DNA of 52,104 bases from Azolla caroliniana (Eukaryota > Plantae > Polypodiophyta), in the NCBI GenBank assembly GCA_043228905.1, contig JBHGNT010000211.1:1-52104 (forward strand), given 5' to 3'. Below, piece after piece: positions 23,281-35,733 of this stretch. Both the position numbers and the translations under genes were made by a program. The stretch's first letter is position 1. Each line of letters starts with the position of its first letter. The notes below the pieces were generated by a model. It had not been told where the DNA came from. It saw only the letters and a program-made list of their open reading frames with translations, and ran no database searches.

Positions 23281-26200
23281 TCATGGCGGGGAGATGGCAA
23301 TACGTCGTTGCACTGAGGTGGGTTCTTGGTTACGGAGGCGGCTTGATCTTCTGACGGGGGTCAACTTTGACTCCACTGTCTGGCCCTGTAAAAAAGTAAA
23401 TAAATTGATAAATTAGAAATTTGTGCTACCAGAATCAATCGATGAGTTGAAAGTGCATGCTCATGAATGAATTGCAGCTTGCAATAGATGTGTAAGAAAC
23501 AAGGCGTCAATCCGGATATATTTATGAATCAAATGACTGCAAATTTGATAGAAACAATGTTGATGAATCAAATCATTGCAAATTTGATAGAAACAATGAA
23601 TCGGTGCATGAAAATGTCATAGAAAACCAGCCAACAATTGCTGTTACCTCTTTCTTGGACAAGAGCGTGTAGGTTGTGAAGCTTCCATATGGAGAATGTG
23701 CACTAGTGGAAACAGGAAGGGGACTTCTAATCAAGTCTTCATCCTCTCTCACATGGTGTGGGCTATTCCGCTGTTGTCGAGAGCTTGGTTCGGGAGATCG
23801 AAGCAGAGAAGCAAACTTCCCATTCAATTCCTCAATCATGGTGACCTTCTCTCCACCATGATGCTCAACTTTCAAGCTGGTCGATACCTCTTCTGCTCTT
23901 AAATCATTTGAGGAAATGTCTTTGTAACGCTCCCGCAATGCATTATTATTTGCTGTGATGCTTTCATGTTGCTGTTGTCGTGTCTTCTTTAGGAACTGCA
24001 CACCTGATATTGGCATCGGTGGAGTCACCACTGAGGTTCCATTGTAAAGGTTGAATTTGCGTCCCCAGAATATTAGAGTCACACCTATGGTCAATAGGGT
24101 GGTGATGGCAACTGCAATGATAGATTTTGCAGAGAAATTTATTTGAGTAATGAATGTCTTCCGAACGCCATTTTTGGTTACTATTGGCATCACCTCTTTA
24201 CCAGTTTCAACTTCCTCAGATAAAATTGCTGTGGCTTCAGAAGTCACTGATGCAAGGTACTGCTCCATAACTTCTTCTGTTGATGTTTCTTCTGATGGAG
24301 CACTGTACCCCTCTTCAGCTGTAAGAACATCAGAGTGAACATCCTCCTTTGAAAGTTCGAGATGAGATTTTTCAGAGAGATGATGTTTCTCAGAGAGATC
24401 AAAATGACAGTCCTCAGAAAGATCACAGTGTGTTGCTTCTTCTCCATCCGTGGTATTCTTAGAGAAGCGTTCTGTATTGAGTTCTACATCTTCCAGGATT
24501 TCAGCATTACCAGAGAACTCAGATTCTGTTTCTGAACTCTGAGATACCTCAGGAGCCACTTCAACAATAATATCTATTTCATCTGTTTCATAAAGGGATT
24601 CCTTGATAATTTCATGATCTCCGGTGTGTAATGAAAGATCTACTGTGTGTATTGAAAGATATTCTTCGTCAACATGAGAATCTGTTTCATAAAGGGATTC
24701 CTTGATAATTTCATGATCTCCTGTGTGTAATGAAAGATATTCTTCTTCAACATGAGAAGCCAACCTTGCATACTCCCAGAAATATTGTAAAACTTCCATC
24801 CTATCCTCCTCAGTTCTCCCTCCTTTCAGCTTCATTAAACCCTCCAAAACACCTTTCACTGCAGACATATCACTCAAGCGAGTGACATTCTTTTGAAGAT
24901 CATTCCATACGCTATCGGATACAGACCCTCGAAAGAGTTTGTTTGCTTCCTGTAAATCAAACTCGTGAAGTAATTCCCAGTCATTCAGTACAATCTCTGC
25001 ATTTGCTTCTTCTTCATTCATCCATTCCTCATTGCTGAAATCATACTCTTTCATCCACTCAAATTGTTGAGCTCTACCTTCAGGAAATTCAGAATCCTTG
25101 GCTTTCCGCCACCATTCGACCATAACGTGGGACGTTAATTCAAATTGGAGGTGAAGTTCACTAATGGCTTGATCAGTCCAGGTTTTCATGAGCCTGTATA
25201 CATCTTTCCCACCTTCAATAGCACGGATATAGATCTGTTCTTTCCAATCAGTTAAGTTTTTCATGTTTCTGTAGATATTTTTGGCATCTTCTATGGCCAT
25301 GCGTGCATCCACAGAGAGAGATATCTGCTCTTCACTCCAAAGAGCTTCAAAGTTCTGAAGAAATACTGATAAAGGTTGATGGAATCTGCTTCCATGCCAA
25401 CCAGTTGAAATGTAGTTATTCCTCAGAGATGATGGAAGAAGTCCAGGGCTACCAGAGGCCATGAGAACTGATGCCATAAAGAAAAGAAGTAGAACACCAG
25501 ACAAGATATCTCTGGTATAGCTTCTTTCCTTGCACAGTTCTGCATCTGAAATATCATCATATTCCACAGAAGAAACTCCTTCAACATCTTCCATCTGAGA
25601 TTTATTCGTTCTGAGTTCACATATAATTGAATGTTCAAGCTTCTCTTTTAAAGTTTCCTGAGCTTCATTGGCTCCTTCATCATCTTGGAGTGGTGCTGCT
25701 TCTTCCTCATGTTTCTGGTTTTCATCCTTATCAGACAGTTCTTCAGTTTGCATTAATGGGGAAATTCCTAAATCTCCTCCCTGAACAAATGAATTCTCTT
25801 TGAGTGACTCAGTCGAATGTTCTTCTTCGATGAAGTGGTGTGAACCTTTCATACTTTCATCTTCACCATCATCACCAGCAAGCAGAACATTTGCTTCCTC
25901 TGGCTGTGGCGACTCGCTAAAATTCACTCCCACAATCTCTCCTTCTTCAATTTCTTCGATACAATCTGACTGTTGTCTTTCAGCCTCTGCATGTGGAACT
26001 AGTGGATTTAATATCACATGAATATTGTGTGCAATTTCTCCTCCCAACTCAGAAATCATCACAGTGTTATGCGGCACTTCTGGGGTCTCCATTGAAGATA
26101 CTGTCCCATGGAGACGCAGGAACTGAGGACGCTCAGCAAAAGGTGAACAGTAAGGATCATAGGGGGATGAAAGAGAAGCCTGGATTCTCTCCCCATCCGC

Positions 26201-27441
26201 TACACCTATGATTTCTATATCGTTTTTTGCAGGATCTGTGACTCCCAAAAGTGTTTCTTGATCCACAAGGAATTTCTGAATTCGTTTCGAGAGCTCTGTG
26301 ACACTTTTCCCCTTCGGTGTGAAGTTTTCTTGCTGATCTACAGTGGACTGTGGTTTTTTCTGCTCATCCCTTGGAGTAAGATCTGTGCTTACCTTTGGTG
26401 ATCCGGACCTCAATGGAGAACACGACCTGTTCCTTTCCCCTAGGATTCTTGGGTTTGGTGAACTTGTCGTGGAGACTTTAGAAAAGTGGTGTGCCCATGG
26501 TTTCTTTGGAGGTGTCTTGAGATTCAGACTAGGTCGTCCGCTCACCGTGGTGATGTTTGAAGAGTTTTCTTTGTGATCGCTGATTTTCTCGCGGATAGAT
26601 GGGTCTTTAGAATGGCCTGAATTAAACAGAGAAATTTAGAAGACAAATGAGAAGAAAGAAACCATTAAATGACACCGTTACTGTGATTCGTGAAGCAAGA
26701 AGTCAACAACTTCCTGGTGAATATGAAAGGATAATAATGAAGATAGTAAGACAGTTTTCTGAAAAGAAAAAACCAGTCAGTGACAGGTGAAGAGAAAGAA
26801 AGCAAATGATACATAATTCAAGAATATCCATAGAATTGCGATCTGAAAACGAAACAAATCCACATAGAAATCAGAAGTAAATAAACCATAATTAAACATA
26901 GAACTTTACGAAACAATGGAAATTTACGAAATAAGAGATATATCCACGAAATTCGAACGGAAATGAAATGAAATTGAATACAAAGTAGAGAAAGCATTCG
27001 GACAGATTTATTTTAAAAACTAACGAGAATGTAAAGAATCCAAGAACAAGAAAGTAATGGACGTAAACTAAAGATTTCATATGCTTTCGAAAATAATGAA
27101 TTGACAATTCAAACAAGAAGACACCTCCCGAATGAAGCCATTCATAGAGAATTCAGGAATATGAAGCCGAATTCAGGAATTAAGCAGTTCGTACAGAATT
27201 CAAGAACAAACAAAAGAACACGATATGGACAAAGTCCGGAGACAAACATTACAATTCGTACAGAATTCGGAGGAAAACAATATGTACTACAGGAAGAAGA
27301 CAACTTACCAGAAGCGTTGCTCTGATAACCACGGAAAGAAAGCTCGCGCCTCGAAGAAGAAGAAGAAGAAGAAGAAGAGCCAGAATTCCGCTTGGAGCTC
27401 TTCGAAGGACGAGAGCTTGGAGGGGAAGCGGAGGTAGACAT
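23281..27441 (-). CDS. Large acidic two-transmembrane protein of unknown function (about 1068 aa); motifs resemble the plant At1g16630/At2g16270-type family from memory
   Basis: Exons 27441-27309, 26616-23648 and 23385-23281 total 3207 nt in frame. Motifs are PYDP..SP...RPQFLR, SPYGSFTTY and TPVRRSSRLRN. Hydrophobic segments are ILSGVLLLFFMASVLMA and IIAVAITTLLTIGVTLIFW. Confidence 0.85.
24581..24757 (-). repeat. In-frame coding tandem repeat within the TM protein (SHVEEEYLSLHTGDHEIIKESLYETD, about 2.3 copies)
   Basis: Near-identical at both DNA and protein level. Confidence 0.9.
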
Positions 27442-27768
27442 GGTGGATTCGGGTAAAGCTTCACAGAACAAACAGAGCGGGTGAAAAAAAAAACAAAATA
27501 GAAGAAGATGGGGGGGGGAGGTGGAGAGAAGACAGGGTTTCTTTGGTAGAAGATCGTTCTTGAGTGCAGCTACGGAGATCCTTCTTCCGCAAGAGTTTGA
27601 AGAAGAAGAAGAAGAAGAAAAGAGAGGTCTGTATGCACGAATAAACCTAATCTAGCTTGTGTGTGTGTGTGTTGTGTGTGGCTATGGCGAGATGCGGAGC
27701 TCGCTAGATGGGAGGGAAGGGAGAGACAGACAGAGAAAACAAGTCTCAGAGTAAACGGTCCTAAAAAT

Positions 27769-27799
<31 letters not shown>

Positions 27800-29225
27800 T
27801 TCTCTTTCTCTGTGCATCTGTCTTCCTCCTACTATTATTATGATTGATTGTTATTAGGATTGATTATGTAGCCGTTGCAGGTGTTGCTCTATTTTTTTCA
27901 AACCTATTTTCATACACATACATAAATAAATGTATATAAACAATAATACATACATACTATGTGTTCGCAAAAATAGGATGGAAACTGCAGTCACTAAAGT
28001 AAATTCGCGCCCACCATTCAAAAACATCCATCACACGGAGACATATGTACATACATACATACATACATACATACATAAAATGGGCTCCCCCACCCCACCC
28101 AACCCAATCCCATCCATGTCTTCTCATATTATATGTACATACATACATATACATATGCCTTTGTATGTATGTCGTGGGTAGGTTGTACCTTAGTATCGTA
28201 ATGTTGAACAAAAACTTTATTGCCTCTTAGGTTCTTGCATCTATCTACATATCTTACATATAATGTGTTGGGTAGCAAAAAGAAGAAGATGAAACGCATG
28301 AAGACAAGTGATTACGGCAACGGCTTTGATCGAGTGATCATACAATTACATAGAAGTACATCGGAGAGTGAGTACCTAAGGGTTTCGTTCACAGTGAAAA
28401 GATTGAACACCATCAAAAGCATATGAAGTGATTGGTTGCACGAAAATCAAGATGAACGCGTTTTTGTCTAAGATTATTAGGTAGTATATTAAGTTCATAT
28501 GTATTGGGGTGTGTCTATGTAATATAATTCAATCATAAATTTCTTGATAGCGACAAGAAGGCACTACTATCAACAACTAAGGCATGCTCATATTATATGA
28601 TTGAACAACCTCACAAGCATATTTGATAAATGCAGCTAGTAACAAATTTCCAAAAGCTATGTTGAATTGGTAGTTGTTGTTACCCAATGATTTGTTGTTG
28701 ACTACTTATCTTATTGTGGCGAGAATCATATGATGCTTCGTGACGAGTGAGATTAGATATGGAGCTAATACCTTGTTCAAATAGCAACATCTATATCATC
28801 GTTTTGTGCAATCAATGCTTCGTTATTTATCTCTCATAGCATGTTATGAGACACCCAATTGGATACGACACTAATATTAGGTTCTCATGACAACATCTAT
28901 ACGAATAAATGCTTGAAAGAAGGCCTTTGCTTTCACACATACACATTACTTCCAATGCTTGAAAGAAGGCCTACTTTCACACACATATATCGATTTTACA
29001 ACCATGAGAGACCAATTATGATCTATGGAACATGAGTGGAACTTTGGTGAGGATCGATCGATCGATCTCTCTCTCTCTCTCTCTCTCTCTTTGTTCTATC
29101 GTAATTAGCTTACCCTAGTGGTAAGTCGTTACATTACTAGCACTACATCTTGGGTTTGACACCTCTCTATTACTCCATAGACATCTCTTATTTCACCTCT
29201 TATTTCAGGTTTGGTTGTCTAATTG

Positions 29226-29296
29226 TGGAATTTCGGGGTTGAACCCACGACCACCTGGTGTCCATTGGGCAACCTTACCAACTGAGATAAATCCAT
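29226..29296 (-). mobile_element. tRNA-derived element (SINE head or pseudo-tRNA)
   Basis: The minus strand reads TGGATTTATCTCAGTTGGTAAGGTTGCCCAATGGACACCAGGTGGTCGTGGGTTCAACCCCGAAATTCCAC. It has an A-box-like TCTCAGTTGG, a B-box GGTTCAACCC, a pairable D arm and imperfect acceptor and T stems. The anticodon arm is broken. Confidence 0.55.
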
Positions 29297-31554
29297 TCGG
29301 GCTTTGTCTCTTTCTCTCTCTCAAATCAAAGGTAACTTCTTCATTAATGATTGACTTGTTTACTCGCATCCTCCAACAAGGATTTTATATCCTTTTTTTT
29401 AGCCAAATCCCATGAACTCGTAAAGTTAGTTCCTACGTTGTCCTCGTGTCCTAGGATATCTCCTAATCCTCCATAAACCTAAGGATGATCTCTATTTACA
29501 TTAATGTGGTAAACGTAAAACTATAAAAACTTTTATCAAAGTAACAACAATTTAGTTTTTGTCTATGAGAAGCATCTAGTTGGATAAATGATGGGGGCAC
29601 AAACGAGGTTGAGAGAAAAACATGAGAGGGATGGAGCAAGATTATTGATATATGGGGGAAGATTGGATGAACATTAAATATCTGCCACATTGGAGTATCA
29701 ACATGTTGTGGCACACACCTAGCATCTTTGCTACCAAGTGGATGGCGTGTCTCAATTGAGCTTTTGTTTATTAGGTGATATTTTGATGAGTTTTTCCAAA
29801 AATGCTACATTTAATGTGTTGCATGGAGTTCTATTTGGCGACCTTCTCATTCATTCATTAAAGTGTGTTTCGCTCTCCTAGGCAAATCCATGATAACCCA
29901 ATATTTTAATACTTAATAAATTGACATGGGAAATGTAGTGGCAAACTCAAGGTTGGTCACAAGTCCAACAATGGTCGTCCTCTCCCTTTCTTGAGTCAAT
30001 GGGCTTCCACATTAGATGGAACTATCGCGTCCCTTTAGGGATTTGTACATAATCGCCTCATTTGTAAAATTTTATAACTAATGGAAGGAGTTTTTTTTTG
30101 GAAAAAAGAAGAAGAAGAAGGTTGGTCACAAGTCCATCGTGCATGATTGCATATTAAAGGACTCGTCCAATTTATAAAATAGGATAGTTCATATTGAACA
30201 CTTCACATTTGAAATGAAAAACAAGAAACATACTACATTAGCATCAAGCATAATGTCATTTGTCATTAATACATTGTTAATAGATCTAGTTACGACACTG
30301 ATCACTCTAGTAATGGCTAAACACAATTATTCTCTTATGTAATTATTTAATTATGGGTATCAATATTTCACTAATTGCATATATATTTTAATGACCCAAA
30401 GTGCTCATTAAAAATTTCTAGTGAAGCCTATGACAAAGAAATGAGACAAATAGAGTATATAACAAACCAATTGTGATTTACCAAGGGTATCATCTGAAAT
30501 CATGCCAACACAATCAAAACAAAAATCAACATTGTGTCTCTCCTCCATGAGTCATTGATGGCCTTCAAAGGATCATTGATCATGAATAAACCATGGAAAG
30601 AAAGAACACACTCTTCCAAAAGTCGGTCACTCTCGCCTCTCAAATTAAGTGGCTAATCTACCATGTATAATCACATGATCATCGAATGAAAATGCCCATG
30701 TTGTAGCATGCATAACCCCATGACATAGCATACATACCCTAAGTATGTTCCCATGTACGACTCATGGTTTCATGTGAGGTATACTTCATACAATGGGCCA
30801 TGATGAGTAGTAGGTTCAACTATTTGGATAATTATACAAAAACCAATATTTGTTTGTTTGTAAATTGTATGTATGTATGTATAGTTATAACCTTGGGTAA
30901 TCTGACCCACCAATATTAATTGAGTTTCCATATCTTTTTCCTATTTTGGCATTTTCTGGTTTATTTTTCTATTCCTTCCATTTAGTGAGGTCAAAACTAA
31001 GTCTATGCCACATTTAAGTGTTGTAGTCACCTTTGGCACTTTATAGAGAATTTTTTATTCAACAACAATTGTTGAAATTGATGGCCCCATTTTCATGTCA
31101 TGTTTATTTTGCCACAATTTTAATAGAGCAACGTCATGAATTTTCTTGGCTGTTGTTCTTCCTCCAACAAATGTTTTCGTGTCTCTTTATGAAGGGGGAT
31201 TAATAAGAACTTGCCGATCAAGTGCAATGGTTGTCTATATTATTGTGGTAACCCACTCAATGACTCAACATATGGAACCCAAACAATATCCCACCTTGTT
31301 TTCTATATTTGCTCTACACTACATTGCATTCGCTTTGTTGTTATCTTTATCACTCAACATGGGGTGCCATCTAAATCTTCCCCACTTCTAAGTTCTCTCA
31401 CTCTCTCGTTGGCTCTTCTTTTATGGGGTGTTCTTGTGATGAATTGACAATGAGGAGACACCACTTGCCAATTAAGTTGCCTTCGCTCAAATGCTAGGAT
31501 CATTGTTTGATGTATGGACAATAATTTTTTTGCTCGGACGTTTTCTCTTTCAAC

Positions 31555-31705
31555 ATGCGTGCACAATTTTGTGTGCCCTTGTCTTCCATTTCCTACATTC
31601 ATATATTGGCGAACATTTTCTTCATGTGTGGCCTCGTAAGGCTTCTTCCTCTAATGCTGCTAGTTCGTATGCACAATTTTTAAGATGATGCCATGTTGAT
31701 CCCAA
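31555..31705 (-). mobile_element. Decayed retroelement gag/ORF1-like CCHC zinc-knuckle array
   Basis: One minus frame reads GSTWHHLKNCAYELAALEEEALRGHT*RKCSPIYECRKWKTRAHKIVHAC, consistent with three eroded CX2CX4HX4C knuckles and an internal stop. Confidence 0.35.
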
Positions 31706-32289
31706 CACTCGTTTCCTTTGCTAGAGTGCTTCTCCTCTGTAATCATCATCAACACACTTACTATTTATGATATCTTATCTCCTATGCCATGCCACAAGAT
31801 TTTTTATTTGTGATGTAATAATGATTGATTCCACTCGATAAAAGGGCCGTTGAGATAATATATCCAAGGAGGACAAGAGTGAGGGGTGTTGCATGCTAAG
31901 CTTTGCAAGCAGTTAATTCTCTATATTTTTACTACTTTCTCGCTAGGACTTCTTACCACAAACCATTTTAGGGGGGGGTGGTATGCCTTGATGAATCGTG
32001 GCTCCATTGCTCGAACACATGCCATGCTGACCATGGAATGATTCGACCACGACGTTGTTGTAACAACATCCCAATTGATGATGGGAATGAGTAGTTAGTT
32101 GATTCGATGCACAATGGGGCACTAATCGGAAGAAGATGATGGTGGGTGGGTAGATCGATTAATGCATGGCATGAAATGGGACATGAGACAATGTGATGCA
32201 CACTCATTGTTGAACCATCTCCCAAGACTTAAGTGCTTCTCTTTGTGGTGTGTGTTGGGACTTCATTCTTGTAGAACATATAAGGAACG

Positions 32290-32348
32290 AAAATGGAAAA
32301 TGGGAAAATGGAAAATGGAAAAGAAAAAGAACAAAGAAGAATAATGGG

Positions 32349-32379
<31 letters not shown>

Positions 32380-32420
32380 GAACAAAGAAGAATAATGGGA
32401 AATGGAAAATGGAAAAAAGA
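32290..32420 (+). repeat. (AAATGGA)n-type minisatellite with a duplicated AAGAACAAAGAAGAATAATGGG spacer, upstream of the SAMS promoter
   Basis: Directly visible; it generates several spurious low-complexity ORFs. Confidence 0.9.
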
Positions 32421-32446
32421 AAGAACTTGTGGTTTTTTCTGCTGGA

Positions 32447-34554
32447 GTATAATAAGAATAACCTTGGCGTTAGGTGCTGCTGGTTTTGTTTTCTCTTCCA
32501 TCTGATTCGTTCCTCTGAATCTTCTGCTCTTACGGGTTCCACAGGTAAAATCGCCATAGTTTCTCTGCACACCTTCAAGTTCCTTCTGCAATTGTTTCTT
32601 CTTAGTAATATTATGGTTTCCTTCTGTTATATCCTCTGAGATAAGCTCGCCATATATTTGATTCACACCCTCAAATATCTGCTTGCTATATGATTGATTT
32701 CTTCTTTTGATTATTATGTGTGTATTCCTTGCAATGGTTTCTTTATCGGATTTATTTGCATGTAATCCTTGCTGTGGTTTCTTCTGATTACTATGGGTGT
32801 AATCCTTGCTGTGGTTTCTTCTTCGTATTACTATGGATGCCATCCTTGCTATGGCTTGTTCTTTTTATAATTATCTATTTAGTGCGCAAGGTAAAGTTTG
32901 CCATATCTTTCAAGAAATTTAGACTTATTTTGCTTGTTTTTCTCCCAGGATTAATCATGCGAAAGACTATTGTTTCTATTCTAGATTTTCCCTTCATGTA
33001 CCGGACTGTGCGTATAATCATCTGAAAATCACGTGAAGGTTTTCTTTTGCTATATCGTATATTGTTTCTCATATAAGCTCGCCATATCTTGCTTCAATTT
33101 CAAGCTTCCTTATATTGGTTTTCGTCTTACGATCATGCATGTAATCACGCTGTTCACGGTATTCCTTTCCTGAATCGAATAGTTTGTCTCTTTTCAAGAT
33201 ATTTACGATTTCTCTAGCATGATCTCCGTTTATTCCTTTTAGGTATTCATTAGCTATTACGGTATGCATGTAATCATGGATCACGGTAGGTTTCTGTTTC
33301 TGTGACCTGTCCACGATTTCCTTCCTATCTGAAAGATTCCTTACCTTCTATATCCTCGGGGTTTAATCAAGTAAGCTCGCCATACCATAGGTTATTAGGA
33401 AAGTAATCATGTTTACGGCCTTTTTGTATTGATGACTGCATTTTTTTGCAAGCTTCCTCTACTAGCCTGCAAAAGATTCTCATTCCCTCAGAGAATGTGT
33501 TGCCACTTAGTAGTGGCTCGCTAATATAAATTATTCCTCTTAAATTTTCTTTCTTTTTTATGTTTGTTATAAGATTATTATGCATATAATTCATGCCATA
33601 TCAGCAAGTGAAAACTATGTGTTTCTTCTCTATATTAGCTTTTCTTGATACTTAAAAAGGTTTCTTCCTTAAGCTTACAATATGTTTCTTTACCTATCCT
33701 CCTGACGCGTGGTAGTGTTAAGAGGCATTCTTGACAGTTAGCAAGGTCGCTTCGTCATTTCAAAGCTTGTTTCTCTTTAATGCTTTCCCGATAGGATTGT
33801 TATCCAGATAACTCTTGCCACATCGAGAACTTAAAACTATCTGTTTTTTCTGCTTCTCAGGTTCTTATCTCCGTTAAAAATTTCTTCGCAGTTTTTGTAT
33901 AATAGTCTATATCGTAACAATATTTAATTTCCAAACTATGCATGTGACTGATTTTGGTGAAGAACATCTATCAAGGGTTTCGTTAAGATTTTATTTTTTT
34001 TGTGGATAGATTTCTTATAGCATGATCTTTTGGTATTCCACATAATTAAAAGCCATCTTTTTCCCAGTAAATAAAGTAGGAATATTTGAAGGCTTGAATA
34101 AATAAAAAACTAATGGTTTTTAAAACAAAAATAAATATTAAGTTGCTTTACAGCATTTACATATTCAAGCCTGATAAAGGACTGAATCATGACTGTATGA
34201 TTGTTGTCTTATAAGGCTGTAAAGAACGCTAATAACAGAAACCTTATAATATTCCATATTTAGTCTCATTTAGGCCACTGATGTATACTAACTCTACGTT
34301 GTCCAATCGGGAGAAACACATTATATATATGATGCGAACAATGCTCTATATTTTTCATTTAACTATGAATTGAATTGAATCATTGCTATTGTTCTTTGTT
34401 GAAATCAATCTCAAGTGTTGCTGGTAAGTTCTGACTGGTCAGTTTGTGCACTTCATGTTTCTGCAATGTTGGTTCATAATCTACACAAGCTTAAAATATA
34501 GACCTCTCTTGATGCATTGTCTTGAACCAACCGTTTACAGAACTGGACTGAAAA
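32447..34554 (+). promoter_or_regulatory. Probable SAMS TATA box, 5' UTR exon and about 2-kb leader intron (32545-34540)
   Basis: TATAATAA at about 32448, donor CAG|GTAAAA at 32544/32545, and acceptor TTTACAG at 34540, 14 nt before the ATG. Plant SAMS genes typically have a leader intron and an intronless CDS. Confidence 0.6.
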
Positions 34555-35733
34555 ATGGATACATTCCTCTTTACCTCCGAGTCTGTGAATGAAGGACACC
34601 CTGATAAACTCTGTGACCAAGTCTCAGATGCAATTCTTGATGCTTGTTTGGAACAAGACCCTGAGAGCAAGGTAGCATGTGAAACTTGTACTAAGACGAA
34701 TATGGTGATGATATTTGGTGAGATCACAACTAAAGCAAAGGTTGATTATGAAAAGATTGTGCGAGACACGTGTAGAGAGATTGGCTTTGTATCTGAAGAA
34801 GTTGGTTTGGATGCTGATAACTGCAAAATATTGGTGAACATTGAACAACAGAGTCCTGATATTGCACAAGTTGTTCATGGCCACTTCACAAAAAAGCCAG
34901 AAGAGATTGGTGCAGGTGATCAAGGACATATGTTTGGATATGCTACAGATGAAACAGAGGAGTTGATGCCATTGAGCCATGTCTTGGCTACAAAACTAGG
35001 GTCAAAACTAACTGAGGTTAGGAAGAATGGAACATGTCCATGGCTTCGACCTGATGGAAAAACTCAGGTTACTGTGGAATACAAAAATGAAGGAGGTGCT
35101 ATGGTTCCGCTCAGAGTTCATACTGTACTTATCTCAACTCAACATGATGAAACAGTCACAAATGATCAAATTGTTTCTGATTTGCGCGAGCATGTGATTA
35201 AGCCAGTTATTCCTGAAAAGTATTTGGATGAGAAGACCATTTTCCACTTAAACCCATCTGGCCGATTCGTGATTGGTGGCCCTCATGGAGACGCTGGTCT
35301 AACCGGAAGAAAGATAATCATCGACACATATGGTGGATGGGGTGCTCATGGTGGTGGTGCTTTCTCTGGTAAAGATCCCACAAAAGTTGATCGAAGTGGT
35401 GCTTATATTGTGAGGCAAGCTGCTAAGAGTGTTGTGGCTTCTCATCTTGCTCGCCGATGCCTTGTACAAGTCTCTTACGCAATCGGTGTTCCTGAACCTT
35501 TATCGGTGTTTGTGGATACCTATGGCACTGGTAGCATTCCTGATTCTGAGATCTTGAAGATTGTAAAGAAAAACTTTGATTTCCGCCCTGGTATGATTGC
35601 CATTGATCTCGATCTTCGACGAGGTGGGAATAAGAGGTATCAGAAGACTGCTGCCTATGGGCATTTTGGTCGTAATGACCCTGATTTCACTTGGGAGGTT
35701 GTTAAGCCTCTTAAGTATGAGAAAGAAGCTTAG
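34555..35733 (+). CDS. SAMS: S-adenosylmethionine synthetase (methionine adenosyltransferase), 392 aa, intronless
   Basis: [59 protein letters not shown] and AAYGHFGR. Confidence 0.98.
   Translation: MDTFLFTSESVNEGHPDKLCDQVSDAILDACLEQDPESKVACETCTKTNMVMIFGEITTKAKVDYEKIVRDTCREIGFVSEEVGLDADNCKILVNIEQQSPDIAQVVHGHFTKKPEEIGAGDQGHMFGYATDETEELMPLSHVLATKLGSKLTEVRKNGTCPWLRPDGKTQVTVEYKNEGGAMVPLRVHTVLISTQHDETVTNDQIVSDLREHVIKPVIPEKYLDEKTIFHLNPSGRFVIGGPHGDAGLTGRKIIIDTYGGWGAHGGGAFSGKDPTKVDRSGAYIVRQAAKSVVASHLARRCLVQVSYAIGVPEPLSVFVDTYGTGSIPDSEILKIVKKNFDFRPGMIAIDLDLRRGGNKRYQKTAAYGHFGRNDPDFTWEVVKPLKYEKEA

Noticed and set aside
23281-23385. KASH-type C-terminus (..ISPP*)
   Set aside because: The last TM segment is more than 150 residues from the C-terminus, whereas KASH tails follow the TM within a few tens of residues.
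29226-29296. Functional tRNA gene
   Set aside because: The anticodon arm does not pair, and the T and acceptor stems need bulges or mismatches.
32204-32843. ORFs of 70-204 aa near the SAMS promoter
   Set aside because: They arise from the AAATGGA minisatellite and low-complexity intron sequence.
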